This document shows positions 50,754 to 61,564 of a stretch of DNA of 64,000 nucleotides, piece after piece; position 1 is the stretch's first letter, and the number at the start of each line of letters is the position of its first letter. Source of the DNA: Candidatus Bathyarchaeota archaeon. GTDB lineage: Archaea; Thermoproteota; Bathyarchaeia; Bathyarchaeales; Bathycorpusculaceae. A program made the translations under genes and the position numbers. The notes under the pieces are model-generated. The model was not told the origin of the DNA. It did no database searches and worked only from the letters and a program-made list of their open reading frames with translations. The DNA lies in the NCBI GenBank assembly GCA_963702095.1, contig OY969706.1, positions 256,001-320,000 on the forward strand, given 5' to 3'.

Positions 50754-51344
50754 ATGGGAGATCCAAAGAAGCAACGTAGAAAGTATGATACGCCACGTTA
50801 CAGTTGGCGAAAAGACATCCTCCAAGAAGAACTTAAACTTCTGGGACAATACGGCTTACGCAACAAACGTGAACTCTGGAAACACAAAACTACCTTATCG
50901 AAAACCAGGGGCATCGCCCGTTCACTTATCAGCAAATCCGCTGAAGAACGAGCAAAAATGGAAAACGAGCTTCTCTCACAGCTTAAAAAGAAGGGTATCC
51001 TACAGGAAACAGCGGTCCTCGACAACGTACTTGACTTAACCATAGAAGATATATTGGAACGCAGGCTCCAAACCATAGTTTTCCGCAAGGGTCTATCTCG
51101 AACCGTTTTCCAGTCACGCCAACTCATCACACACGGACACATAACCATCGACAACCGCCGAGTAACCATCCCCGGCTACATCGTGCCCAAAGCGGCAGAA
51201 GCCACAGTCATCTATTCACCCGAAAGCTCAGTCGCAAAAACAGAGCATCCACTGCGCCTCGGCTTAACAGTAGTCGCAAAGCAACCTGAAATTAGGCCTC
51301 AACAGAGAGGCCGAAGAGGCGGACGCGGAGGCGGCAGATTTTGA
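50754..51344 (+). CDS. rps4: 30S ribosomal protein S4 with RGG tail
   Basis: [32 protein letters not shown]. Confidence 0.97.
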   Translation: MGDPKKQRRKYDTPRYSWRKDILQEELKLLGQYGLRNKRELWKHKTTLSKTRGIARSLISKSAEERAKMENELLSQLKKKGILQETAVLDNVLDLTIEDILERRLQTIVFRKGLSRTVFQSRQLITHGHITIDNRRVTIPGYIVPKAAEATVIYSPESSVAKTEHPLRLGLTVVAKQPEIRPQQRGRRGGRGGGRF

Positions 51345-51748
51345 GCGGCGCAAACAGTAAACGCAACGATAAATGGGGAATCGTCCACATCTTTAGCTCC
51401 TACAACAACACATTAATCCACATAACAGACATATCTGGCGCAGAAACCATCGCACGCACCACCGGCGGCATGTTCGTCAAAGCCGACCGCATGGAATCCT
51501 CGCCATACGCAGCTATGCGTGCAGCTACAGGCGCAGCAGAAATCGCACGTGACAAAGGCATCACTGCTATCCACATTAAAGTTCGTGCTCCAGGCGGCAG
51601 CGGCCGAAGAACCCCTGGACCAGGCGCGCAAGCAGCCATCAGAGCCCTCGCTAGATTTGGTTTTCGTATTGAACGCATCGAAGAAGTCACACCGGTTCCC
51701 CACGACGGCACAAGAAGACCTGGCGGTAGAAGAGGAAGAAGAGTTTAA
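51341..51748 (+). CDS. rps11: 30S ribosomal protein S11
   Basis: [28 protein letters not shown]. Confidence 0.97.
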   Translation: MSGANSKRNDKWGIVHIFSSYNNTLIHITDISGAETIARTTGGMFVKADRMESSPYAAMRAATGAAEIARDKGITAIHIKVRAPGGSGRRTPGPGAQAAIRALARFGFRIERIEEVTPVPHDGTRRPGGRRGRRV

Positions 51749-51852
51749 ACTCTCATATCCCAGTTTGTTAAGGGGAAAAATACAAATAATGCACCGAAAT
51801 ATCCTATTGACCGCAAAGCCATTATAGTAACCTTATTGGAGTGTCTTAGCAA

Positions 51853-52674
51853 GTGAAGATAGAAATCTTAGAGAAAAACGATACAAACCTCCGCTTAATC
51901 GTACGCGACGCGGATGTGCCATTAATGAACGCTCTTCGGCGTTTAGCACTTGCTGAGGTTCCCTGCATGGCAATCGAAGAAGTTGTCATGATAGAAAACA
52001 GCTCTATTCTCCAAGACGAAATCATAGCCCACAGACTGGGACTTACACCATTACGCACTAACCTCGACACCTACAATCTGCCAGAAGAATGCGAGTGCCA
52101 AAGCGAATTCGGGTGCCCACAGTGCAGAGTTTCTTTAACCTTGGATGCAGAGGCAAGAGACGGCACAAGAACCGTTTATAGCGGCGAAATCGTCTCTGAA
52201 AACCCGGAGATTCTCCCAGTATCCGATAAGGTTCCAATCATTAAACTAGCTAAAAACCAGAAACTAAAACTCGAAGCTTACGCACGCTTAGGCAGAGGCA
52301 AAACCCACGCGAAGTGGCAGCCCGTTTCTATGTGCGCATACAAGTATTACCCAAAAATCATTCTACCCGAAGAGAAATGTCCAGACTGCAGCAAATGCGT
52401 TGACATCTGCTCCAAAAAAGTCTTAACAATCAAAGAGGAAAAAGTTGACGTTCGAGACCTCTTAGCCTGCAACCTCTGCATGGACTGTGTCGAAGCTTGT
52501 CCACAGGGTAAGGCTTCCCCGCTAAAGATTGAGTGGGAAAAGAACGCTTTTGTCATGAACATTGAATCTACCGGTGCGCTTCCCCCTGAACGGGTACTCA
52601 AAGAAGCCACTAAACTGTTAGGCAAACAACTCAACGATTTTGAAGAACAAATCAAGGCGGAACAACCACAATGA
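51853..52674 (+). CDS. rpoD: RNA polymerase subunit D (Rpo3) with ferredoxin-like insert
   Basis: NALRR, AHRLGL, HAKWQP, CPDCSKC...CNLCMDCVEAC. Confidence 0.96.
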   Translation: MKIEILEKNDTNLRLIVRDADVPLMNALRRLALAEVPCMAIEEVVMIENSSILQDEIIAHRLGLTPLRTNLDTYNLPEECECQSEFGCPQCRVSLTLDAEARDGTRTVYSGEIVSENPEILPVSDKVPIIKLAKNQKLKLEAYARLGRGKTHAKWQPVSMCAYKYYPKIILPEEKCPDCSKCVDICSKKVLTIKEEKVDVRDLLACNLCMDCVEACPQGKASPLKIEWEKNAFVMNIESTGALPPERVLKEATKLLGKQLNDFEEQIKAEQPQ

Positions 52675-53033
52675 GAGAAACCAAAACCACTAACCCCCAA
52701 TTAACCGCACTTATCAGTGCACTACGCAAAACCAGCAGAGAACAGACTGCTCCAATCTGGGCTGACGTAGCGGACTACCTCGCACACACCCGCAGACAAC
52801 GCGTCACCGTCAACTTGAGCACTATTAACAGGCACACAGAAAAAGCCGACGTCGTTTTGGTTCCAGGTAAAATCCTTGCTTCAGGCGCACTCGACCACGC
52901 CGTAACAGTTGCTTCCTTTGAAGTTTCCGCCCAAGCAAAGACAAAGCTTGAAGCGGCAAAATCCAAGTACATCACAATCCAAGAGCTCATGGAGAAAAAC
53001 CCAAAAGGCTCCAAAGTAAAAATCATCCGGTGA
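52671..53033 (+). CDS. rpl18e: 50S ribosomal protein L18e
   Basis: TNP, VNLSTINR, VPGKIL, NPKG. Confidence 0.95.
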   Translation: MRETKTTNPQLTALISALRKTSREQTAPIWADVADYLAHTRRQRVTVNLSTINRHTEKADVVLVPGKILASGALDHAVTVASFEVSAQAKTKLEAAKSKYITIQELMEKNPKGSKVKIIR

Positions 53034-53040
53034 AAAATAA

Positions 53041-53494
53041 ATGCAAACAGCAACAACTAAATCCGCAGTCACATTGGTGAACGCTGAAGGCCAAATCGTA
53101 GGCCGCATGTGCAGCAAAGTCGCCAAACTGCTCCTAAACGGCGAAGAAGTCATCATCCTCAACGCTGAAAAAGCAGTTTTCTCAGGCAAGAAAAAAAGCA
53201 AAATCGCTGAAGCACACTTATTCCTCGAAGTCGGCGCACCCGAACGTGCGGCCATTCCACTACCGCAGACCCGACCGTTTCCTACGCAAAACCGTCCGCG
53301 GCATGGTGCCGTTCAAGCAGCCTAAAGGCAAAGCAGCCTACAAACGCTTAAAAACCTATATGGGTATCCCGGTAGAATACAAAGATCAAAAAATGATCTC
53401 ATTCGACGTCGCCCAAGCAGCAAACCTCAAAGGGCCACACTTCACCCTTGGCGAATTAGCCAAAGAAATCGGGTGGAGAAACAGGATGGAATAA
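53041..53494 (+). CDS. rpl13: 50S ribosomal protein L13; one-base insertion near 53249
   Basis: [17 protein letters not shown], then (G)[16 protein letters not shown] in the next frame. Confidence 0.92.
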
Positions 53495-53496
53495 TT

Positions 53497-53910
53497 ATGC
53501 CAACAACAAAGAAAGTCCTCGTAGTAAGTGGAAAAAGAAAAACCGCAACCGCCCGCGCCATCATTAAACCAGGCGTTGGTAAAGTCCGCATAAACCTGAC
53601 TCCAGTTGAAATTTACGAACCAGACATCGCCAAAGCAAAAATCATGGAGCCCCTTCTTCAAGCAGGTGGAGACGTCTGGATGCAGCTAGACATGGATGTT
53701 AAAACCGTCGGCGGAGGCTACATGGGACAGGCAGAAGCCGCCCGCATGGCAATCGCAAACGGACTCTTGAAATGGACCAAAAGTACGCACCTACGCACCG
53801 TTTTCAACGAATACGACCGCACCATGGTCGCTGGAGACAGCCGAGCTAAAGAAACCAAAAAGGTCGGTGGCGCAGGCGCACGTTCCAAGGAACAGAAAAG
53901 TTACAGGTAA
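53497..53910 (+). CDS. rps9: 30S ribosomal protein S9
   Basis: GKRKTATARA, GGGYMGQA, GARSKEQKSYR. Confidence 0.97.
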   Translation: MPTTKKVLVVSGKRKTATARAIIKPGVGKVRINLTPVEIYEPDIAKAKIMEPLLQAGGDVWMQLDMDVKTVGGGYMGQAEAARMAIANGLLKWTKSTHLRTVFNEYDRTMVAGDSRAKETKKVGGAGARSKEQKSYR

Positions 53911-53924
53911 GGAGATAGGAAAAA

Positions 53925-54155
53925 GTGATTATTCCCGTAAGATGCTTCACCTGCGGCAAGTTGGTTGGAGACCGATGGGACGAATTCACAAGGCGCATAA
54001 AAACCGGTGAGAACGCAAGCGACGTCCTGGATAGTCTTGGTCTTAAACGATACTGTTGCAGACGTATGCTGCTCTCTAACGTTGAAATCATCGATGAAGT
54101 TTTGCGGTTCTACGAAGAAGCTGAGAAACGCAAGGAAGCCCGCAACTTCTATTAG
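53925..54155 (+). CDS. rpoN: RNA polymerase subunit N (Rpo10)
   Basis: [16 protein letters not shown]. Confidence 0.97.
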   Translation: MIIPVRCFTCGKLVGDRWDEFTRRIKTGENASDVLDSLGLKRYCCRRMLLSNVEIIDEVLRFYEEAEKRKEARNFY

Positions 54156-54319
54156 GTTTCCAACTTTTTGCCTTTTTCTTGCATCAGTTGGTCACCTGTT
54201 TTGTTATCTTGTTTTTTTGAGTCTTTATGTGCTTCAAGAACGTAGATAGCCCAGCCGATTAGGAAAGGTAGAATCAGCAACGATAGAATTGGCAGTCTTT
54301 TGATGTTTTTGATAGCCAT
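54152..54319 (-). CDS. Small single-TM protein
   Basis: One hydrophobic helix and a charged tail. Confidence 0.35.
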   Translation of the reverse strand: MAIKNIKRLPILSLLILPFLIGWAIYVLEAHKDSKKQDNKTGDQLMQEKGKKLET

Positions 54320-54437
54320 GGAATGGGGTTTCACACGATTCACTAATAACACTTTGTAACATGAAGATATACATGCCCCTGGATTGTAGTTTGATAACCA
54401 TTAAAAGCAACATGTCCAACTTAGACTCGTGTAGTAG

Positions 54438-55426
54438 ATGCTAAAAAGTGGTTACTGCCCCTGAAATCTTCTCCCATTGCTGCTTTGGTCTCCTGCGGTA
54501 ACAAAGCCATCGAATACTTTGCCAGGCGCGTCCTTATCGAAGAAACAGTTGAGCCTGTAACTGTTGTTTGGCAGCTTCCTGAGGTTTTACGTCTACTTCG
54601 CAAACAGTAGCCTGACGGATCATGGCGGCACAGCGGCAAAGAAACAATCACTTACCCCAAAAATCACTACTCTCTGGTGGAAACATGGAAAGCCCTCCGC
54701 ATCCTAGTCGACCACTATGAGGGCACCAAACAGCATGAGGGTGTGGCTAAGGCAGCTGAGTACCTGTTTGCCTTTCAAACCAGCCAAGGCGACATCCGTG
54801 GCATGCTAGCCAACCAATACGCCACCTACTACACGGGGGCAATGCTGGCGGTGCTCATCAAAGCAGGATACGCCAACGACCCGCGCGTAGATAAGGGTCT
54901 AGATTGGCTGCTCTCTATGAGGCAAAACGACGGCGGCTGGTCTATCCCAATCTTAACCCACAACTTCACCCAAGCAACCATAAACAAGCTCACAAGCACC
55001 TACGCCGAACCAATAGAACCCGACCGCGCAAAACCTTTCTCTCATAACTGGACAGACATGGCTCTACGCGCCTTCGCAGCCCACCCGACTCGCCGCCACC
55101 AAAAAGAAGCCCACGCCGCATCAGACCTGCTGAAATCAACCTTTTTCCAGCCTGACTTTTACACGTCCTATCAAGACGCCCGCTACTGGACCCGGTTCAT
55201 GTTTTGGTGGCCAAACCTCATAACTGCACTCGATTCGCTATCTTTGATGGGTTACTCAAAGGATGATGTTGACGTCAAGAAGGGGTTGAATTGGCTTTTG
55301 GAGAATCAGATGCCGAATGGTTTATGGAGGCTCGAGTACGGTAAAACCGCAAAAAACAAAGCCTCTGAAGAACAGTTTTGGCTTGCCCTAAGAGTTGCCA
55401 GAATATTCAAGAGATTTTACGGATAA
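54438..55426 (+). pseudogene. Prenyltransferase/squalene-cyclase QW-repeat protein, interrupted by a 5' frameshift and in-frame TAG
   Basis: KQ*PDGSW (TAG 54608-10), RQNDGGW, NQMPNGLW; ATG 54438 needs one extra A. Confidence 0.7.
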
Positions 55427-55433
55427 AAGAGAG

Positions 55434-56147
55434 TTACATGAAGCTTGTTAACGTCATGTTTTCGGAGGGCGGTTCAGCTGTACCCAGCATGTAGGTCGGG
55501 TGCTTCTCGAGGTTTAATTCGGCAGTGTAGGGCGCTTTGAAGTAGGAGAGTACCGTGTTGGCTTTGCTCAGCGTCATTTCTTTGAGTGCAATGTTTCTTG
55601 TGCTGCCTTCATGATTGGGGTAGGTTGCGACGATGATGATTTGGTGTTTCTTTGCGAGGTACACCAGGAAGTTGACGATTTGCCCATACGCTCTCTGTGT
55701 TTCTTCCTTGGAGATGCCGTTGTCTAGAAATAAGCCGCCGATGTCGGAAACGATGACGAGTTTAGCGTTGCAGGCTAAGATTTTTTCTTCCAGCTTATCG
55801 ATTATGAGGGATGTTAGTTGGTACGCAGTGAATGCGCTGAAATTAAAGATTCGTTGGCGGGCAGTGGCTGGGTTTATGTGGTTTTGAACTGCAAGGCGAC
55901 TAATGCTTTCCTGTGCGAAAGTGTTTGCACAGTCGATGAATACTACGTTTCCTCCTAAACCACCCAGTTGCGTGGGTAGTTGCGCTCTTATGCAGAGTAG
56001 AGAAGTCAGTGAAGTTATGGATGGCGACCCATAGATAACGGCGTATTCCCCCGTTGTGAATCCTGGGAAAAGGTAGTCAACTTCGGGCACGTTAAAAGCG
56101 AATTTCAGCTGCGCCGATGTGGGTTTAACCATTATGTTCTGCATCAT
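55434..56147 (-). CDS. Inactivated RadA/Rad51-like protein
   Basis: RAQLP..LGGL..VVFID..NTF, AFTAYQL, LVIVSD; Walker A degenerate (YGSPSIT). Confidence 0.75.
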   Translation of the reverse strand: MMQNIMVKPTSAQLKFAFNVPEVDYLFPGFTTGEYAVIYGSPSITSLTSLLCIRAQLPTQLGGLGGNVVFIDCANTFAQESISRLAVQNHINPATARQRIFNFSAFTAYQLTSLIIDKLEEKILACNAKLVIVSDIGGLFLDNGISKEETQRAYGQIVNFLVYLAKKHQIIIVATYPNHEGSTRNIALKEMTLSKANTVLSYFKAPYTAELNLEKHPTYMLGTAEPPSENMTLTSFM

Positions 56148-56268
56148 GTTTTTGGTCTCCAGTTTTATGAAGAACCAGTTACCCATGTTAACCCTATTTA
56201 AGCAATCCCTCAAGCGACAATACAGCACAGGGGAGGGGTAACTGAAAGTGAAAAAACAAAAAAATGGT

Positions 56269-56502
56269 TTATGCCTGTTTCATCTGCTGTTGCCGGATTT
56301 CCTTCTGTTGCCTAAGCATTGCAGTAGCCAACGTGGCGAGGAAAATCACTATGAAAGAAAAGACAGCTATCCCCACTTTATAGGTTAAATCCAGTTCAAC
56401 ATAGAAAAGCGTCACCATAGTCACAAGCATCAAAGCTAAGATAAGTGCCTGTTCGATTCCGTTGAAGACTTTGAAACCGCCAAAACTCATCTGTTTCACC
56501 AT
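56269..56502 (-). CDS. Small two-TM protein
   Basis: Two TMs with a Gln-rich tail. Confidence 0.6.
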   Translation of the reverse strand: MVKQMSFGGFKVFNGIEQALILALMLVTMVTLFYVELDLTYKVGIAVFSFIVIFLATLATAMLRQQKEIRQQQMKQA

Positions 56503-56615
56503 GTCTTCTTGGGATTGCTCAGCCGTGGAATATTAATTTTCTGTCTACTATCCGATGTTATTTGGGCTAAAACAAGAATGTTAAGTAAAAATTTGAAAGA
56601 TGGGAAGTTGAGTGT

Positions 56616-57065
56616 CTACAGATTAGTGGAGATTTCCTTGACTCGGCTTTCGATGAATTCAGCGACTTTTTCTTCACTGAACTTACGTTCTGCTTCCTGA
56701 GCGTAAAGCTGCTGTTTCACTGTCTGCAAAAGTTTTTCCACATCAACTGGTTTAAGCAAATATGCATCTGCGTTTTTGTTTAGGGCTGCTATAGCGTTTT
56801 GCATTGAGGGGTAGCCAGTCACCATTATTTTGCGTGTGCGGGGCACGCTGTCTTTGAGGAGTTTGAGTAGTTCAACGCCTTCCATGTCTGGTAGTCTGAT
56901 GTCTAAGAGTGCTATGTTGTAGGCTTTTTCCTGTGTTTTCTGAATTGCTTCTTTACCAGTAGCTGCCAAATCCACTTGGTATCCTTCGTCTTGAAGGATA
57001 GCTTTCATGGTGGTTCTTATGGTTTCATCGTCGTCAACAACGAGGATTCGGGGATGTTTATCCAT
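56616..57065 (-). CDS. Response regulator receiver protein
   Basis: ILVVDDD, LLDIRLPDMEG, VTG, KP. Confidence 0.95.
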   Translation of the reverse strand: MDKHPRILVVDDDETIRTTMKAILQDEGYQVDLAATGKEAIQKTQEKAYNIALLDIRLPDMEGVELLKLLKDSVPRTRKIMVTGYPSMQNAIAALNKNADAYLLKPVDVEKLLQTVKQQLYAQEAERKFSEEKVAEFIESRVKEISTNL

Positions 57066-60000
57066 ACGTTTTCACCTCCAGTTTCAATTTTTTGATCAAT
57101 CGGTAAGGTTACTGTGAAAGTCGTTCCGTGACCCTTCTGCGTCTCAACGGTGATTATGCCGCCATGCGCTTCAACGATGCGTTTGCATATGGCTAAGCCA
57201 AAACCCATGCCCTGCGCTTTCGTCGTAAATAACGGGGCAAAAAGATTCGGCAAGGTTTCGTCGTTGATGCCCTCTCCTGTATCGGTGAAGCTAATTTCTA
57301 GGAAGTTTTTGGTTTTGGTGCTTGAGATGGTTACTGTGCCGCCGTTTGGCATGGCATCAACCGCGTTTTTAATCAGGTTTATGAAGACGCGTTTTATTTT
57401 GTCTTGGTCAACCCTCAGCACAGGCTCTTCTTCAAGTTTGTTTATAACTTTGATGTTTGACGGAATTCCGATAAGCGTCAATGATTCTTCCAGTAGTTTT
57501 TTGGGTGTAATGGCTTCCAATGATAGATGTATCTCCCTTGAATAATCCAGAAGATCGTTGATTATTCCATTAGAGTAGTTGACGCATTTATCGATGGTTT
57601 CAAGCATTTCATTCATTTGGCTGGGCGGCAGTTTATTGCCTTTCTTTTTGAGGAAGTACGCTGAGTTCTTTATGCCTGTGAGCGGGTTACGCAAATCGTG
57701 GCCGATCATGCCTGCCAATTCTCCGATGGCTGCCAACCGTTCTGATTTTACGAGTTCCGCCTGAGTTTGCCTTAACTGTTCAGTGCGTTTTGTTACAAGC
57801 TCCTCTAGCCGCTGCGAATATTCTCCCAGTTTCTTTTGGAGTTGCTTTCTCTCTGTGATGTCAATAGCAATCTCTAATGCCGCAATGACCTTTCCATCCT
57901 TATCTTTCACGGGGGTGCTAACAAGTTCAACCCATTTATTATCGCTGTCTGGGTGAATGTTGTAGTCCCGTCTGGCTATACTAGCGCCTCCTTCAAAGAC
58001 CTTTTTAACCCCACAATCAGAACAAATAGCAGGCGAGTTGTTTCCAAAGATTTTATGGCAATATTTGTTTTCGATGAGGTTAATACCCATCGCTTGTTTA
58101 GCTCTCTGATTAGCCCATATAATGCGGTAGTCTCGATCAACGATCATCAAAATAATATCAGTGCTTGTCGTCACGCTTTCAAGCAGGCCTTTTCTTGTCT
58201 TAGCGCTTCCTCCATTGCTTTACGTTCGGTAATGTCTGAGATAACCGCTAAAATGCCAATTTTGCATCCTAGATCATTGGTTATAATGGACATGGTAACC
58301 GCTGTTTCAACATATCCGCCGCCCTTCCGTGGAAACGCATATTCATATAGCGCTTTCGTTTCTGGGTGACTATAGTAGCTGCTTAAATTCTGCCTAACCT
58401 TTACTACTTTATCGGAATCGACGAAATCAAAAAGTTGCTTACCCAGCATCTCATTCTCTTCGAATCCAAGCATCTGTACCATACGTGGGTTGACGAAGGT
58501 TGTGACAAAGTTGCTGTCTACAGCCCAAATGCCTTCCTGTGCAACTTCCACCAATTGCCGGTAACGTGCTTCGCTTGCTGTTAGAGCCCTTTGAATCTTT
58601 TTTGCTTCAGTTATGTCATGGCAGATGCAGTAAAGGTATGCCTTGTTTGCTGGTTTGAAAGCCCTAAGGGTAACTGTGACATCGTGGGTTTCACCGTTTT
58701 TCGCCTGATATTTAGTTTCAAATTCGCCTCTGCCTTCTTGTAGTAACCAATTGATTTTTTCTCTTACCTGTTGGGGAGTCAGCTCAGCCTGAATGTCTGC
58801 GAACGTTATCTTCTCGAATTCTTCTCTTGTGTAACCCAGTTGTGCATGAGCGATATCGTTGAATTCTACATAGCTCATTGTTTCGGGGTCGATAACCATG
58901 ACTCCTAATGGTGCCTGGTTGAATAATGCGTGATATCGTTGCTCGGCATCCCGTAGATCTTGCTCGCCAATTTTTCTTTTCGTTATATCTTTAACGACGC
59001 CAACTGCATGCCATTTTCCATCAAGTTTCACGGGCGAAATAGACAATTCAACGGGGAATTCGCTGCCGTCTTTGCGTCGCCCAACTAATTCGACGTTGCC
59101 CACAGTAAAGTATCCTAAGCCCGTTTCGCTAAAGGTTTTCACGCCTTGCTTGATACGTTTTTTGCCCTCTAAGCATATGGTTTTGGGGGCGACCAGTCGG
59201 TGGAGGTTTTCGCCAACAGCCTCTTTGCTGGTGTAACCGAAGGTTTTTTCAGCCGCCGGGTTCCAAAAGGTAACTTTAGCCTTGTCATCAATTAATATTA
59301 AAGCATCTTTAACTGAGTTTGCTATAGCATAGAATCTTTCCTCACTATTGTGCAAAGCATCGAGCATTCGGTTGATGTCTGTTACATCGTGCCATGTAGC
59401 AAGCAATAACTCTTTATTTGATATGTAGATTTTCTGATTGTTAACCAGAACAATTCTTTGTTCGCCTGTTTTGGTGCGGTGCTTGGCTAGAAACTCTATG
59501 CGGTCTTCTCTTAGTGCCTTTTCAAAGCGATTCCTTGTTATCCGTGGTGACTCAACGTCCTCAACGTCGAACACTCGAAGTAGGCTGAATTCCTCTCTGC
59601 TGTAGCCTAATTGCTGATGCGCAACCTCGTTGAAATCTACAAATGCAGTTGTCTCGGGGTCAACCACTACAACGCCTAAAGACGCCTGGTCAAATAAGGC
59701 ATGATAGAGTTTTTCCGCTTTTTCAATTTTAAACTCCATCTGTTTCCGAGTGGTTACGGGGACAGCTACCTGTAGGGCTGCAAAAACTTTGCCGTCTTTG
59801 TCTTTAATGGGGCAAACGGTGATTTGTAACGAAATAGAGTTGCCGTCCCTATCTAGTCCAGTGTAATCCTTTGTGACAATGCTTTGTTTTTCAAAAACTC
59901 TTTGGACTTCACATCCTTGACAGACCGTATTTAAGTTATGAAATCGCTTGAAGCATGTTTTGCCTTGGATATCTTTGCTGAAAAACTCTTCCATGGCGCT

Positions 60001-60881
60001 GTTAATCCAGAAAATCTGGTAGTCTCTGTTTATGAGTGAGAGCCAACGCCGGTGTTTTTTGCCACTGCTTCTAAAATTTCTCGTTGCTGCTTGAGCAAGT
60101 GTTCAGCGTTTCTACGTTCCGTGATATCCCTAAACATGGTAAATGCTAATTTTTCGTTACCGATGTTTAATGCTGAAATCGACATTTCTGTTGGGAACTC
60201 TGAGCCATCCTTTTTTAGTGCAGGGACCTCTCGTATTCTTTTGGCGGTTGATGGGTTTTTGGTAAATTCTTTTTTGATCTTGGCAAACAAGCCTCCGCCA
60301 TTAGGTGGAACGATTGTTTGCTGCATTGTCTTTCCCAAGACTTCCTCTTTCTTGTAGCCAAAAAGCTGTTCCGCTGCCAGATTCCAATATCGTATTTTGT
60401 CTTTTTTGTCAAAGATAACTATGCCTTCAAATGTACTGTCGCTGATGGCTTGGAACCGCAGTTCACTGTTGAATAAATCGTTTTGAAGCTTTTTGTGCTG
60501 TCGATACCGCTTGGTTACATCACGGAAAACAACGACATCCAGTGCTTTGCCTGAGCACTCAATTTTTTTAGCGTTTACCTCCAGTCGAGCTAAGCTATTT
60601 TTGCCCTTCACTGTAACTTCGTATGGTTCAATCTGGTCACCGTTTAACCTTTTGCTGAGGTTTATCCTGAGGCACTCGTTTTGCTTTTCGGTGAATATTT
60701 TTTGTTCAAAAAGGTTCTTGCCCACTAAAGCGGTTAATTCTTTGCCTGTATATTCATCTATAACCTGGTTTGCCGCCAAGATGTCTCCAGAAGAATCAAG
60801 CACCACAACTGGGTCAGCGATGAATCCTACCAGTGTCTTTAGCGCATCGCTATATTCTTTGCTGTGGTTTTTCTCCTGCAT
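57017..60881 (-). CDS. Cytoplasmic multi-PAS (about 8) sensor histidine kinase; two frameshifts (~60040, ~58190)
   Basis: Three ORFs join on adding single bases; HDLRNPL, NAVDA, DTGEG, GMGFGL. Confidence 0.88.
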
Positions 60882-61263
60882 TGAGTAAAACCTCGACATC
60901 TACAGTTTTGCCTTTGTCTTCAAGGCAGAGCCTTATTAGTTTCACGTATTTTCCAAATGTTAAGTCGGGAACTAACCATTTTGGACCTTGCCATTTGTAT
61001 TTACATTGGACCTTTTGGTTTAGGTGTTTCATGATCAAGATTTCTATCGGTCTAGAAGCGTTGCCAAAAATTTTTTCGAGGGCAAGCGTAAAGTCCTCGA
61101 TTCTATCGGGAATGTCTTGTTTCGTAATAGCAAACTTTGTTTCAAGATGGAAATAAATCGATAACTTAACGTTTGGACCAAGCACTGTGAATGCTTCGTC
61201 TATGGCGTCCAAAAGAATAGTTGCAAACCTTTTTTCAGTTACTGTTCTAGCCAAACCTTTCAT
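60850..61263 (-). CDS. Small helical protein commonly linked to archaeal two-component systems (DUF3227/NitrOD5-like)
   Basis: AIDEAF..LG...IYFHLE...F..ALEKIFG. Confidence 0.7.
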   Translation of the reverse strand: MKGLARTVTEKRFATILLDAIDEAFTVLGPNVKLSIYFHLETKFAITKQDIPDRIEDFTLALEKIFGNASRPIEILIMKHLNQKVQCKYKWQGPKWLVPDLTFGKYVKLIRLCLEDKGKTVDVEVLLNAGEKPQQRI

Positions 61264-61564
61264 CTCGACGATTGCCCGTTTGTGCCTACCGTTTCTCGTT
61301 TATACACCCTAAAGATGTTGAGTTAAAAGTAAAGGCTTATGAATTCACAATTTTAAGTGCAGATTCAACTTACCCTGAAAAGGGGTAATTTCCAGGTAGG
61401 ATTATGTCCTATTCGATTGGTGTTTTCATCTGTAAAACGTTGTCCTGTCGAGTAATCGTAAGTTATAAATACGTAGCTCGACTTACCGTTTATGAACGAT
61501 AGTATTTGCTTACTTTTCGTTCAAAGAAGGAATTTTAGAAAAAATTTTTAGGAGATAAATAAAA

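Noticed and set aside
54608-54610. Genome-wide TAG reassignment
   Set aside because: TAG terminates well-defined genes here (pyrF, rpoN, the TIR gene, mtlD)
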